A stretch of DNA of 64,000 nt from Callorhinchus milii (Eukaryota). Positions within the stretch are counted from its first letter, which is position 1. Each line of letters opens with the position of its first letter. The translations under genes and the position numbers were made by a program. The stretch is taken from positions 110,114,001 through 110,178,000 of the forward strand of contig NW_024704743.1 in assembly GCF_018977255.1 (NCBI RefSeq), in the 5' to 3' direction. This document shows positions 35,996 to 48,661 of the stretch, in pieces. A model generated the notes under the pieces. The model worked only from the letters and a program-made list of their open reading frames with translations, was not told the origin of the DNA and did no database searches.

Positions 35996-38799
35996 TGTAT
36001 GACTTACCTCTTTAACCTCACTTTTGGTTATTTTTCCTCTCCGCAACCCCCCTTAGCTCCCATCACCAGCTTGGGTGCCAAGCCAGGATTGTTAAGCGCC
36101 TTGGGACGTCAAATAACACAATGTCAGCTGATGTAATCAAGCTAGATAAGTACATGAGGGAGAAAGAAATAGAAGGTTATGCTGATAGGCTTAGTTGAGG
36201 AAGGGCAGGTGGAGGCTCATGTGGAGCATAAATGCCGGCATAAACCAGTTGGGCCAAATGGCTTGTTTCTTTGCTGTACATTCTACGTAATTCTATATTC
36301 TTGGGATTATAAATATTTATACACATTATATTATTATATGTTATAAAGCAGGCAAAACAAGGACATTACAAGATACTAAGACAGAGTATAAAAGGCCGCT
36401 TAATGATTGATGTGATGTGGATTCCTTTTTTCTCCAACCCAATAAGACACCTTACATAAAATAACACCTGCCTTGGACTCCAACATACTACATTGTTGTC
36501 TGAAGTTTTGAACTGCAAGAATAACTGAGTAGAACTTGAAAGAAAAAAAGTACAAGAAATTAGAGATTTATACCATATGCGGTGCACAGATTTTATAACA
36601 GGATTGAAAAAAATTAACCCAGATCAATACTTTAGGACAACAAGAGGAATGTATAGTAGATTTAGAGTTGCAAAGGACAAATTGCAGTACTGACACCAGG
36701 AAGTCGTTTCTTATGCAGAGAGTAATCAATGCCAAGAAAAGTGGCAGAGGCTAGGACACTAGACTCATTTAAAACGCAGGTTGTTGCAGTGATGAGGGGA
36801 TGGGAGGGTGGCAGTTCTGAAGGGATCAGATTGGATTGGCCAAATGGCCTTCTCCATCCAGCCCAATCTTGTGAAACTGCCCAGTTCCTCAGTGCATTGA
36901 GAGCCTTAAGGGAATAAGACTATTGAGCATTGATGTAGCACAGCTGCACCTGGTTAACTCCAGTACACTCAGATGCAATGGAAACACTTGTGAAAAACAG
37001 AGGACATTTGAAAGGGCATTTCATCTGTATACTGAAGTAACCATATTCCACGAAAGATATGTCTACATATAGTGGGGTGAGAGGTACAGCAATTACTGGA
37101 AAGATGGAAACTACCTGAAGAGCAGAGTTAGTTGCACCTGTTATCATGGCCAGAACAACATTGTAATGGTAAAACCAACTTCATAGCAGAATGTTTCAAA
37201 TTCTGGGCCAGAAGGCAAGGCACATCATACAGCCCTATTTGGGGACCTTTGTGTAATCTGGGACCTCTTAGTGTCTTTGTTTTTGCCTGCTTTATGTTTA
37301 TAACATATCCAAAGAGAATAACATCAGCCACATTCTGCTGCTTGAACAGATTCAATGGTTACAGATATCATCTTTCTCTGCACCACCCAAAAAAAATCCG
37401 GAGTGATGATAAAGCATCACATTTAAATAGTTAGCAGTGCAACTGAGTTATAATAACCAAATTCTAGCATGAATTTGGTTATTATAAATTAGTTGCATTA
37501 TGGACCTCATTCACTGTGCATCCAAACAGCCTTAACTTTTTTTTGCACTAAAATGGCCAACTTTACGTTACCACTGCCATCACATCCTTCTCTGTTGTGC
37601 TTAAAAACTAATGTTTTCACTGCGCAGGTTCTATACATTTCCTAGTTTCTAATTAAATCTGTTAAGAAATACCACAAACTGGATCTGTGCCTCCGCCCCA
37701 TGAACATGGGCCACGGTATAGATAGCAATTCAAGGAATTCAAGGGGATAAATGAAGTGAAAAAACAAGGTAGCAATGAAATCCCTCAAATGTGGTGTCTT
37801 TGTTGCATATGGCAGGGAAAGTGACAAATGTGATTAAAAGGCCTGTGTCTTCTCTCCCTCAGGTGTTTTGCCTGGCATGCTAATTACTTATAATCTATGA
37901 ATGGAAATTGGGTTATTAATAAGTTCGCCGAAAACAAAAGGCGCCGCTGAATGGAGCCGCAAAAATGGTGTTGGTGGGCTTTGCTCTCGCCACATTTCTC
38001 AGAGATGCAGTGTGGCAGTGGTGAGGCGGCGTGAGCGGCCAGGTAATTGCTTGAAATGAACACGCTTGATGTTTTGTGTAAGTTCACATCATCAAACATG
38101 GCCCACACTTCCTTTGCTCACCTTGTATTAAGAGCTGCCACTCTGGGCTGATATTGTAATTGGGATCTGAGTTGCATAAATAGTTACGTGGTGTGATATA
38201 GACTTGGAAACAGGCCATTTGATCCATACTCCTCCTATTCCCCTCTCCTATATCCCTCTATTTCCTTCTCCCTTATCTCCGTCATGTATGAATCTGAGGA
38301 GTTCTGTTTCCAAGAATTTGGTGTAGCAAACATATGTGAGCCTGGTGTGATCAAGTGTGCACTCGCCACTGGGATTATGGGTTCAAGCCCTATCAAGCAC
38401 TTTGAGCTCATAGTCCAGGCTGAAGCTCTTCTCAGTGTTAAGAGAAGAGCTGCACTATTAGGTGTCACCATTCAGATGAGACATTAAATTGAGGACATAA
38501 AAGATCCCATGGCACTACTTTAAAAGAGAAGGAAGTTTCTCCCGTGTCCTGGCCAACAAGATTTTAAAAATTGATCACGGTTGTTCATGAGATATTGCAA
38601 ATTGTTACTGCATTTTTCTGTAAGTACACAATCATTACAACAAAGCAACAACAAATTACATTTGTATAGCCTCTTTCACATCAGGAGGCTCAAAGCCTTA
38701 CATGTTAGAGCTGTGATGTGTTTTCAGATATTTGTATGTGATAAGGTACTATATCAAATGCAAACATTTAGGTTTTTATGGACATGGAGAAATGGACAG

Positions 38800-39228
38800 A
38801 GAAATCCCCCTCTTCTGTGACCATTACCACATCATCTGGATCCCTTTTCTCTCTCTGGTCTGCCTGTTTTGTTGCAATTTCCACACCCCCCACCCACCCC
38901 TTTGTTTTGCATTATTAACTCCTCTATTCCCCTGTTTTGTTGCAATTCGCCCTTTGTTTTGCATCATTAAACCCTCTTTAACCCATCATCCCCTGTCCTC
39001 TCCCCATTTTCTCCTTTGCTTTCCTTGTCTTCCTTGCCCTGTCTCCCCCGTCTCTGTTAGCCCTTAAAAGCATCTCCCTCTCAACATGCCCTAGTTCTGA
39101 CGAAGGGTCGTGGACTTGAAACGTTGACTCACTTTCCTTTCTCCGTAGATTCTGCCTGACCTGCTTAGTGTTCCCAGTAACTTCTGTTTTTGTTTCAGAT
39201 TTCCAGCATCTGCATTGTTTTGCGTTGT
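38800..39228 (+). mobile_element. Penelope-like element terminal fragment
   Basis: Pyrimidine-rich stretch followed by tctgacgaagggtc..gacttgaaacgttgactc...ctgcctgacctgct.agt.tt.ccag...tttcagatttccagcatctgca, which I recognise from cartilaginous-fish Penelope repeats. Left boundary uncertain. Confidence 0.65.
39093..39129 (+). ncRNA. Minimal type I hammerhead ribozyme motif
   Basis: agtt-CTGACGA-a-gggtc(gtg)gactt-GAA-ACGT-T-gact: conserved core boxes, stem II, palindromic stem III, 4-bp stem I. Confidence 0.6.
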
Positions 39229-39989
39229 GAGGATGACAATCTAGATGGACTCAAGGGACTGGAAAGCAGCAAAAACTGGGAATGGATGATGTCTTAGAGG
39301 GAACCTGACAAATGTGTGTAAAATTTCAAACGATTGAGAATGCAAACCCAGAACAATAAGAGGATTCAGGTTTGCAATGGGCAATCTCAGGAGAGAAACC
39401 AGGAAGTATTTCTTTAAAGAGGGTAATTAACGACTGAGGGAATGGAATCACCATTTACACCAAGGGTGATTGAAGCCAGGATACTCAAACTCATTTAAGA
39501 AACCTCTTGATTCTGCGATAGGAGAATAGCAGCAACGGTAGATATTTTGGATGAGATCAAATGGACCTATAATATAAAGGGCCTTCTTCATCTGAACCTC
39601 TGCTGTGATCTTGTGAAATGGATGTTTCACAGAAGGCAGCTGGGGATTGAATATTTTCTAAGTGTAAAAGTGCCTGACCTACTTTGGAACTGTGAAATCA
39701 CAGTATTATTGATTGCAACAGAAGCCTCTATCTATCTCTCTTACCCAGTGTACAGTTAGCTACTGAAAATAACATGCCAGCCTGTGCCGCTGGGATCCGT
39801 GATCAGAGCGCTACTGTTACCATATACCTAAACAATTTGGATTCAAACAGGGGTGTGGTGTCAAAACATTTAGCTGACAATAAACTGGCAGCATGGTGAA
39901 TATTGAAGGGGTTTGCAGAATAATGCAATGAGACATAAACAAGCTGGCAAAATGGGCAGATAAAAGGCAAATTAAGTTTAAGGAAAATC

Positions 39990-40366
39990 ATAATAATAAT
40001 CCTTGCATTTGATGTAGCGCCTTATCACATCTTCTAGACATCTCAAAGCACTTCACAGAATATACTGTAAAGTGAATTGACTGTAGGTTTTGGGGTGAAA
40101 CGCAGCAGCCAATTACACACAGCAGTATCCCACAAACAGTCATGTGACCAGATTATTATTATAATTATTATTATTTTTATTTGAAGGGATTATTACCCCG
40201 GGAAAAGTGATTTGCCAATCAACTATCAACCAGGTTCCTATTGATTGCTAGGTAAACAGAGATGTGTGGAAAGGAAACATGCCCAACAATTCACCCTGCC
40301 GGGAATCGAATCCAGGTCCTCTCGTTTGCGAGGCACGTGCTCTAACCACCTAGCTACAGCACTTCA
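39990..40366 (-). mobile_element. tRNA-Ala-derived SINE, long form (extra ~70-bp segment)
   Basis: Same head and tail as the young SINE, plus an internal segment shared with 40386-40785 and 47895-48200. Confidence 0.85.
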
Positions 40367-40385
40367 TAAAGTAATGGCCCCAACA

Positions 40386-40785
40386 TGGAGTCCTGTAGCT
40401 CAGTGGTTAGGGCACTTGCCTTGCGTGCAGGGGGACTGGGTTTGATTCCACTGCAGGGCGAGATGTTGGGCGGGTTTCCTTGCTCCACAAGCATGCATGT
40501 CTCTGTTTACCTAGCAGTAAGGAGGAACCTGTTTGTCGGTCGATTGGCAGATCTCTTTTCTGGGGATAATAGTCCCTTCTTTAAAAAAAGTAATGATTTG
40601 GTCACTCAGTCCATGACTGTTTGTGGGACGCTGCTGTGCGCAATTGGCTGCTGTGCGCAATTGGCTGCTGTGTTTCGCCCACAGGGTACAATTCACTACA
40701 CTGTGCGATGTGTTCTGTGAAGTGCTTTGAGACGCCTCAAAGACATGATAAGCCGCTATATCAAATGCAAGGATTATTATTATTA
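40386..40785 (+). mobile_element. tRNA-Ala-derived SINE, long form
   Basis: As above; also carries an internal tandem duplication of gctgtgcgcaattggct. Confidence 0.85.
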
Positions 40786-43019
40786 GTTCACTTTGGCAGG
40801 AAAAATAAAGAAGCTGTCCATAGTCTAGATGTTAAGAACCTAAGAGTAATGGAGGAGCAATGAGATCTAGGGATTCAGATCCACAAATCTCTAAAAGTAG
40901 CTACACAGGTAGATGAAGCTATATAAAAAAAGACCAGTAGGGTCTTGGGCTTTATATCCAGAAAGACAAAATATAAAAGTGAGGCAGTGATGTTGAACTT
41001 ATTCCACATTTGGAGTATTATGTCCAATTCTGGTTTCCACACCATAGGAAGGATATATCAGTGATGGAAACAGTACAGCCTTGTCGGTTTACAAGTATGA
41101 CATGAGGGCTGGCAGATACCTGCTATCCGCATGGCCTTTTATTCTCTAGAGTAGAGACGTTTAATGGAGACCTAATGGAAGTATTTACAATTATAAAAGG
41201 ATTTGATGAAGTTAACATAAATTGGCTGTTTACACTGGTTGGGGAATTTGTACCTAGGAGACACAAATATAAGATTAGGACTAGGGGATCAAAAAGAAAA
41301 TTCAGGAGGAACTACTTCACTCTGAGGGTAGTGAGATTGTGGAACTCACTGCCTGAAGCAATGGTTGAATCAGATAGTATAGTTGCATTCAAAAGGAAGC
41401 TAGACCTTCACATGAAGGAGAGGGGAACAGAAGTGAGTAAGGAATGGATGAAAACTAGCGTGGAGCATAAAGAATCCCTGGTCCGAAATCCCACCTAGCT
41501 TTAGCCCAAGACTGGTTTATCTTAAAAAGGACCCACAAAATTGTTGAATTAAATCTAAAATTGGAAATATGTCTTTTGTTTTAAGCCCTGAGGAAAAGGG
41601 CGGATTCCAAGTTAATACTGAATTTAAGAGTCGTTATACCATAGTAGATTGAAAGGCAAAAGGTAAAGTGGTCTGATGTAGTAAATATGAGGTGGGATCT
41701 TTTAAGCAATCCACAAATGTCATTTGGAATTTTCTGTTTGGAGACACAGATAGATGGGTGGCTGGGAGGGTGGGTATGGGTGGATGGGTACTTTATGTTG
41801 CATTCTCCCTTTATAAGGCACAAAAGTGGTAAATTTCTGAGATCAGATCTGTGAGGATTCTAATCAGTGTTGATTGCCGGAGACATTTACTGCAATGAAA
41901 TACTGTGCACACATAAGTCAACAGGGATCAATCCAAGGGCCAAATGTCTACAAATATTCAGTTTATACGTGTAATCAGATTAAATTATGCTGAAGAGGTT
42001 TGCCTTGAAAATTAATGGGAAGAAATTGAACTTTATGTTCTCGGGTAATTTGGTGGGAGTTAACATCAAAAGGGTACTGGTTTTATGGGTGAATGCGCAC
42101 TGATTTATGTTTAACCAATGGTGCTCTGCTGTGGCAAGCGGTATGGAATGTGTGCAATCCTGGATTCTTTCAGTTCAGCCAGCAGGCAGGGAAGGTGTCT
42201 GGTGTCAGCCTGGCACAGTTGGTGATGCCCTCACCTCTGAGTTGGGGCTTCACAGTAGATACTTTGAGATGTACTCCTGACATGAAAATCACTATAATTA
42301 AGAATTATTATAAAAATCCAAAATCTGGAGCATGGGGGGTAGCACCTGGGTGTATATGCGAGGTGCATCACCAAGGGAGAATGTGCGCATTCCATTCCAG
42401 GCGCCAAGAAATGTCCGAGAGATGCTATACATATGTGTCCAATACATTCTGGTGTGGATTCTCTCATGCACAGTGATGGGTTTCTGCATGATTCATGCAC
42501 CCAAAATGAAGAGTTCATGGGTGCACATGCAGGGTGTGTACTTTATGCAAGAATCCAGAGAGGTACGTGAGAAAGGATACATCAGTAGATGGAAATACAC
42601 ACATGTACAAGAGTGCATAACAACAATTTACATTATATAGTGCCTTTCACACTGGAAGAACGACTCAAAGCACTTCACACAGCTGACCGTGAGCCTGAGC
42701 TGGGGGTGGGGGGAGCTGAGGAAGGTGGGAGAAATTGTATCATAATCATAATTGTATATGCACATTCCGCTCTGTGCCCCCACCTATGCTCGCACATTAA
42801 GTCAGTTGATTTACTTGATCATTCCCTGGTGGAGAAAGACAATGAAAACACCTATTAGACAATTGCCATAACTTTCTTGGAAGCTGAAACGGTTAAGGCA
42901 CTGCCCAAACATACAGCCCAGAAAATCCCAGGCTTAACTCGTCCTATCCTGTGTCCATATCAAACAGGACAGTGTGGCGATTGTCCTACATAAAATCAAC
43001 AACAACTTGCACTTATATG

Positions 43020-43339
43020 TGGAGTCCTGTAGCTCAGTGGTTAGAGCACTCGCTTTGCAAGTGAGAGACCTGTGTTCAATTCCAGGCAGAGGGCGAAACC
43101 TTGGGCAAGTTTCCTTACTCCACACGCCTGATAATAATCCCTCCAAAAAACAAAGCAATCATAAATTGGTCATTTTCAATCCATGACTGTTTGTGGGACA
43201 CTGCTGTGCGCAATTGGATGCCGCGTTCGCCCACAAATATATGGTCAATTCACTTTACAGTATATTCTGTGAAGCGCTTTGGGACGTCCTCCCGACATGA
43301 AAAGCGCTATACCAAATGCAAGGATTATTATTATTATTA
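43020..43339 (+). mobile_element. Young SINE inserted into the 3' end of a minus-strand L2 (42997-43019 and 43340-43505)
   Basis: The L2 tail caacaacaacttgcacttatat|SINE|atagcgccctccacaccggg rejoins when the SINE is removed (compare 3998-4060). Confidence 0.88.
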
Positions 43340-45924
43340 TATAGCGCCCTCCACACCGGGCGGCGTCTCAGAGCGCTTAATAATGGTGGAGCCCAAGGCC
43401 GAGCCAGGATGAGGGGGAAGGTGACCGTAGGCATGGTCGAAAAGGAAGGTCTTCAGGAGCGACTTGAAGATGGGGAAGGAGGGTTGAGACAAAGGGGTTG
43501 AGGGAGGGAATAATGTTGTGGGGGCAGGAGAAAGAAACTTACTCTCCTTGGCATTAAGGAGTAGAAAGGAGGGGGAAAAATTGCTGTCCAGCAGCCAGCG
43601 GGCATCGGGTAAGGGCACAATCAGGCTTGGTCTCTCCCTTGTGCTGAAAACAGCTGAGCCTGGCACCGCTCTGACACAGCTCAACTGCCAGCAATGACCA
43701 CTGGGGTGAAGGACCAGAGGGCAATTAGTACCCTGCATACCAGCTTGTATTCAAGAAACTGCTTAACGCTGCAATGGGATTATGGTAGGACTGTGTTGAG
43801 GAAGAAAGGAGTGAAGGGACTTCTCCATCTGAAATTGTCTTGTGAACATCTCTCCCTTTTGTATCTTACAAGTTTATAGGAAATTAGGGCCCCCTGCTGG
43901 AAAATCCTTGTATTACAATTTGTTGGAACCATTTACACCGCAGGAAGTAATTTTTCAATAGGAGCTTCAGGAAGCCTGATTTATAGTTACTGCTCCAAAT
44001 TTGGATTGATCATATAGATTTACAAAGGATTAGAAACCCTGGGCAATCCTCGGCAGGTCCTGATGTTGCATTGACAAGAGTCTAAGGAGAGCTTTGTGCA
44101 TGAGCAGAGACTACTTCAATCAATGCTGTGGGATCTCGCTCTGCTTGCCAGCCCTAGACAATTTGTGTGCTGATAGCTGCAATGGCATTTCTAACTCAGA
44201 AGTAAAATAGCATGCAAATTGCACCCACAGATGTGCAAATGAACACATTGTGACCAGTTAGTGTCCAAATCACTGACTGGTCTGTCAGTGTGACTGACTG
44301 TATCAATAAGATATTGACCGGTCACCATTTCTAATGAATAGGTTAATAACCAAATCACAGGTTGTAATTTTCAGCCCAAAATGACACAATAATTAAAACA
44401 TCATTATGGTTATCTGTAAACACACAGCAGCTTCTTTACTAAACTTAATGAACGGAGCAGAGCAGCTCGGTGCTTATTGACAAATTACAATTACTGAACA
44501 AAGCTTCTTTGTAAGCTTCTTTCTCCTGCCCCCAAAACCGCCACCCCCAAGTTGCTGTATAGTATAAAGAACACTAATTCTGCAATGTCAGCCTGGTTCA
44601 GTTAATAGCACTTGCATCTTGTTGTGGCTTCAAATCCCATTGAGACCTTGAGCTTGCATAGTCCATATTGACACCCCAGTGCAGTGCCAGGGGAGTGCTC
44701 CAATGTCAGTGGTGCTGTCCTTCAGATGAGACTTAAAAAACAGGTACCATCTATCTGTTCAGATGGATGTTAAAGATCCTGTGGAATTTGGGAAAGAAAA
44801 GTGAGTTTCTCCTGATGTCCTGGCCACTCTGCTTAAAATTCATAAATGATCTTGTTTGACTTTGCCATGTGTAAAATATCTGCAGTGTTTGCTTTAAAAG
44901 AAGAGTTGTCACTCTTGACATGATTTACTATGAAGCAGTCTGGGACATTTTAACATAAGGTTCTTTAAAAAGGCAAGTTCTATCCACCTGCAATGCGTTC
45001 CAATGTAGTAGTATTCCAATGAGTACTGACAGGACATTAATAAATTGCTTGTACTTTACTCTTTAAAAAGGAATTAGGTAAGTGTTTGAAGTGAAACTAC
45101 ATAAAAACGTTAGCTGGAAAGGTCAGGAAATTAGAGAGATGGGTCGTGGGGGTGTGGGATTGCTGAGTGCCCAAAGGCTTCCCATGCTGTAATTTCTATG
45201 AGTATTGCTGTTTGTAATGGGGTCTTTGTCCTTTGTTGATGCAGCTTTGCCACTCCCTCCCAATCCAAAGTAAGATGTTTTGCAGGAGATATCTTACAGA
45301 GATGCATAAATTATTGTATATTAAATGGGATTAGGAAATGAAACCCAAACAGTACTTTTGGATGCACTAAGAGAATGGGTTTCAAGTTGCAAAGAGCAAT
45401 TTCAGGATAGGTACCAGGATGTATCTCTTTGCGCAGAGGGTAATTAATGAAGGGAACAGGTTATCAACAAGGGTGATTCAGGCCAAGAAGCTGCACACAT
45501 TTTAAAAGCAGCTTCATGCTGTGATAGAATGGCAGTATTTAAAAGGGCTGAGATCAAATGGGCTGAGTGATCTTCTTTTGACCTCTCTTGTATTCTAGGG
45601 TGCAGTCTCAGATGTTAAGTATAAAGCCCTTTGTGCCAATACAATCTTAGAATATAGTAATAATAACAAATCAACATTGTGTTTGAAACAGCGCCTATAA
45701 CATTGAGAACATCCCAAAGCATTTTTCACCAAGTTTGCAAAATATAATGTAGTACCTGTGTTTTGAAGGCAAAGATAGTAACTATGGTGCTCTCCAGCTG
45801 TTTGAAAACCCAACATTCCAGATCATGTAGGAAGTGAATTGATTTTAAGATCCTATGCCCTTACCATATTCTACCTGAGATCTCCTGGAGTCCATCTCTT
45901 TCAGTCTCCCCTGATCTATTTATC

Positions 45925-46485
45925 TCTCAAACTTACCAGACCAGTGTGCAACCTTGATGTGTGGTTCAATCCTCAGTTGTCCTTTCTACCTTACATTCAG
46001 TCCTTGACCAAGACTGCTTTCCCCCATTTCTGTCACATTGCCTCCCTCAATTCCTCTCTCACACTAAATACTGCCAAAACCCTCATCCATGCTTTTGTCA
46101 CCTCCTCCCGTGATTTCTCAAATGCATTTTTCACTGTTTTTCGCAATTCCACCATCCACAATGTCCAGCTAATGCAAAGCTCTGGTCTGCTGCCCATATC
46201 CTCACCCACTTCAAACTCTGCATACTCATCACACCAATCTTCGCCAAACTCGACTTGACACCTCTCTCTGAACTGATTGAATTAAGGTTCCCCACCCTCG
46301 CTTACCCATTCCTTTATGCCCCTAATCTCTGATACTTCCTGCCTAAGTCCCACTGCATTGTTCCTCCTTATCTTTAAATCTCACCTAATAAACCCACCAC
46401 GTTGACCACTTAGCGTCCAACCTGTATAGTGCTCATACATCAGAAGCACTCTGAGACTAAGGGCGCTATATAAATGCAAGTTACT
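45925..46485 (+). mobile_element. Decayed L2 fragment
   Basis: VCNLDVWFNPQLSFLPYIQSLTKTAF..AKTLIHAFVTS. Confidence 0.8.
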
Positions 46486-47894
46486 GTGGACCCGTCTGAG
46501 ATGTGTTCTCTCAACTTGAAGAGTTCTAGCTTGTCTAATCATTGCTCATTCCTCTAAGACTAGAGATCCTTGATGTTGTGCCCTGTAAAATAATCTACAT
46601 TCGTAAAAGGAAGCCAGAATCAAAAGAGGTTCCAACCATTATGATTTTAACATCACCATGCAGTGAAAGTGGTGTAAACTTCACCTACAAATACAGTCAT
46701 TGCACTTTACAGTAAAAACCTGCCAAGTGCTTCGAGATGGTTTTGATGATGTGAAAAGGCGTTATGTCAAAGGCAAAGATCATTGCCATTAATAATTCAA
46801 TTCTGACATATCAAATCGAGGTAAACAAGAACAAACATTTGCATTTACATATGACCCTTCATGTGGGCCAGCATCTCGGGGCACTTAATAGTGGTGGAGC
46901 TTCATGTCGAGCTGGGCAGAGGGTGGAGGTGACCGTAAGTACGGTCGAAGAGGAAGGTCTTCTGGTGTGATCTGAAAAAAGGGCAGATTCGCAATGATCC
47001 TAAATGAGTTCCTTTCCTTACTTATCACTGGAGCATTATGGATTGGAAGCTGTCCTTTAATGACGTGTTTCAGACTGGCTGCCCTCTCCCCAGCTTCAGG
47101 AATATGGCTACTCCCTCAGGTTTTTCACACAGTTCATTTGGCCTCCCTTGAGATTGGGGGAAACTCAATAAACTGGGGCCATGGAGGGAGTGTTCATGCT
47201 GATTTCATGCTTGGTCTGGCCGAAGAATAATTTTAAACGTTATTGGGTTGATTGGCTAGCTTGGAATCCCCAAAACAATCATCTCTCCCTAAAATTCTTT
47301 TAAAAAAATTGTGTAAGATTTATCTGTAAAAATCCTAACAGAGGAACTATTCATTCTCCCAAAGGTAGAGTGGGAGAGAGAGAAGTTTGCTCAGTCCCAA
47401 ACTACTATTAAAGACAGGTTTAATAGGAATGTTATAAATCACAATTAACTGTATGGTTCTTTAGTTATTGCCAGCATTTAGGAATGCTGCAGTTTGTGAC
47501 CCCCAGAGTAATCTTTTTTCTAATATAATTAAAATCATAAGGACAACATTTCAAAATTGTGCGTTTCTAATGGTCTGAACTACTTACAATGCACTCCTGG
47601 GAGATGGTTCTGCTCTGCAGGCAATGATTGTCATACAGGGTCAATTTACTTTGTCCTAGACAATCCATTCATCAACTCGGCCTTCTGATGTTGTATTGTA
47701 GCACCAGTGAATACAGACAACTTGCTGCCTTGAGATTAAAGTGGCAAAGAGAGCTTTTCAGTGCAGATCCACTCACTCCCCTCACCTTGCTAGATTGCAT
47801 TAAGTTGCATTATGTGTCCATTAGGAAAATCTCGGTATTGGCATGTTCCCAGTCCTGGGTCACAGTCCATTGTGCTTGATGTTTTGCTTGCGAG

Positions 47895-48200
47895 TAGTAA
47901 TAATAATCTTACATTTGATATCGTGCCTTATCACATTGTTGAAAGATCTCAAAGTGCTTCAAAGAATATATTATAAAGTGGATTAACTGTGTATTTTGTG
48001 GGCAAAACGCGGCAGCCAATTGTGCCTCTGCAGTGTCCCACAAACAGTCATGGATTGAGTACCAAATTTCTTTTTTTTGAGGATTACCCCGGAAAGCGAT
48101 CCACCAATTCACTAACAACCGAGTTCCTACTTACTGTGAGGTAAGCAGAGGTGTGTGAAGTAGGGAAACTTGCCTAAGGTTTTGCCCCGCCCGGAAATCA
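47895..48200 (-). mobile_element. Long-form SINE, head truncated
   Basis: Contains the long-form internal segment. Confidence 0.8.
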
Positions 48201-48337
48201 AATCGAAACAAACCCAGATCCTCTCTTCTCTAATTGCCCTCTCTTCTTAATATTAATTTCACTTGTTCCTGGTTGTTCCTCGGGACGTCCTCCCAACGTG
48301 AACGGTGCCCTATGAATGTAATTTTGTTGTTGTTGTT

Positions 48338-48661
48338 TAATAATAATAATAATAGTAATCCTTGCATTTGATATAGTGCTTTTCATGTCGGGAGGACGTC
48401 CCAAAGCGCTTCACAGAACACACTGTAAAGTGAATTGACTGTATATTTGTGGGCGAACGCGGCAGCCAATTGCGCACAGCAATGTCCCACAAACAGTCGT
48501 AGATTGAAAATGACCAATTTATTATTGTTTTTGGTTTTGGAGGGATTATTATTAGGTGTGTGGAGTAAGGAAACCTGCCCAAGGTTTCGCCCTGCCTGGA
48601 ATTGAACTCAGGTCTCTCACTTGCAAAGTGAGTGCTCTAACCACTGAGCTACAGGACTCCA
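48338..48661 (-). mobile_element. tRNA-Ala-derived SINE (young short form), tail-to-tail with an L2 end at ~48280-48337
   Basis: Full-length copy. Confidence 0.92.

Larger units (their letters stand above)
39775..41470 (+). mobile_element. CR1 LINE fragment (RT to 3' end) interrupted by two SINEs
   Basis: Decayed VPxGSV..., DINKLAKWADKRQIKF before 39990; VHFGRKNKEA after 40786; RHKYKI...RRNYFTLRVVRLWNSLPEAMVE near the end. Confidence 0.85.

Noticed and set aside
41985..42020. Second hammerhead-like motif (CTGAAGA...GAAA)
   Set aside because: Stem II is marginal and no stem I partner follows the putative cleavage site.
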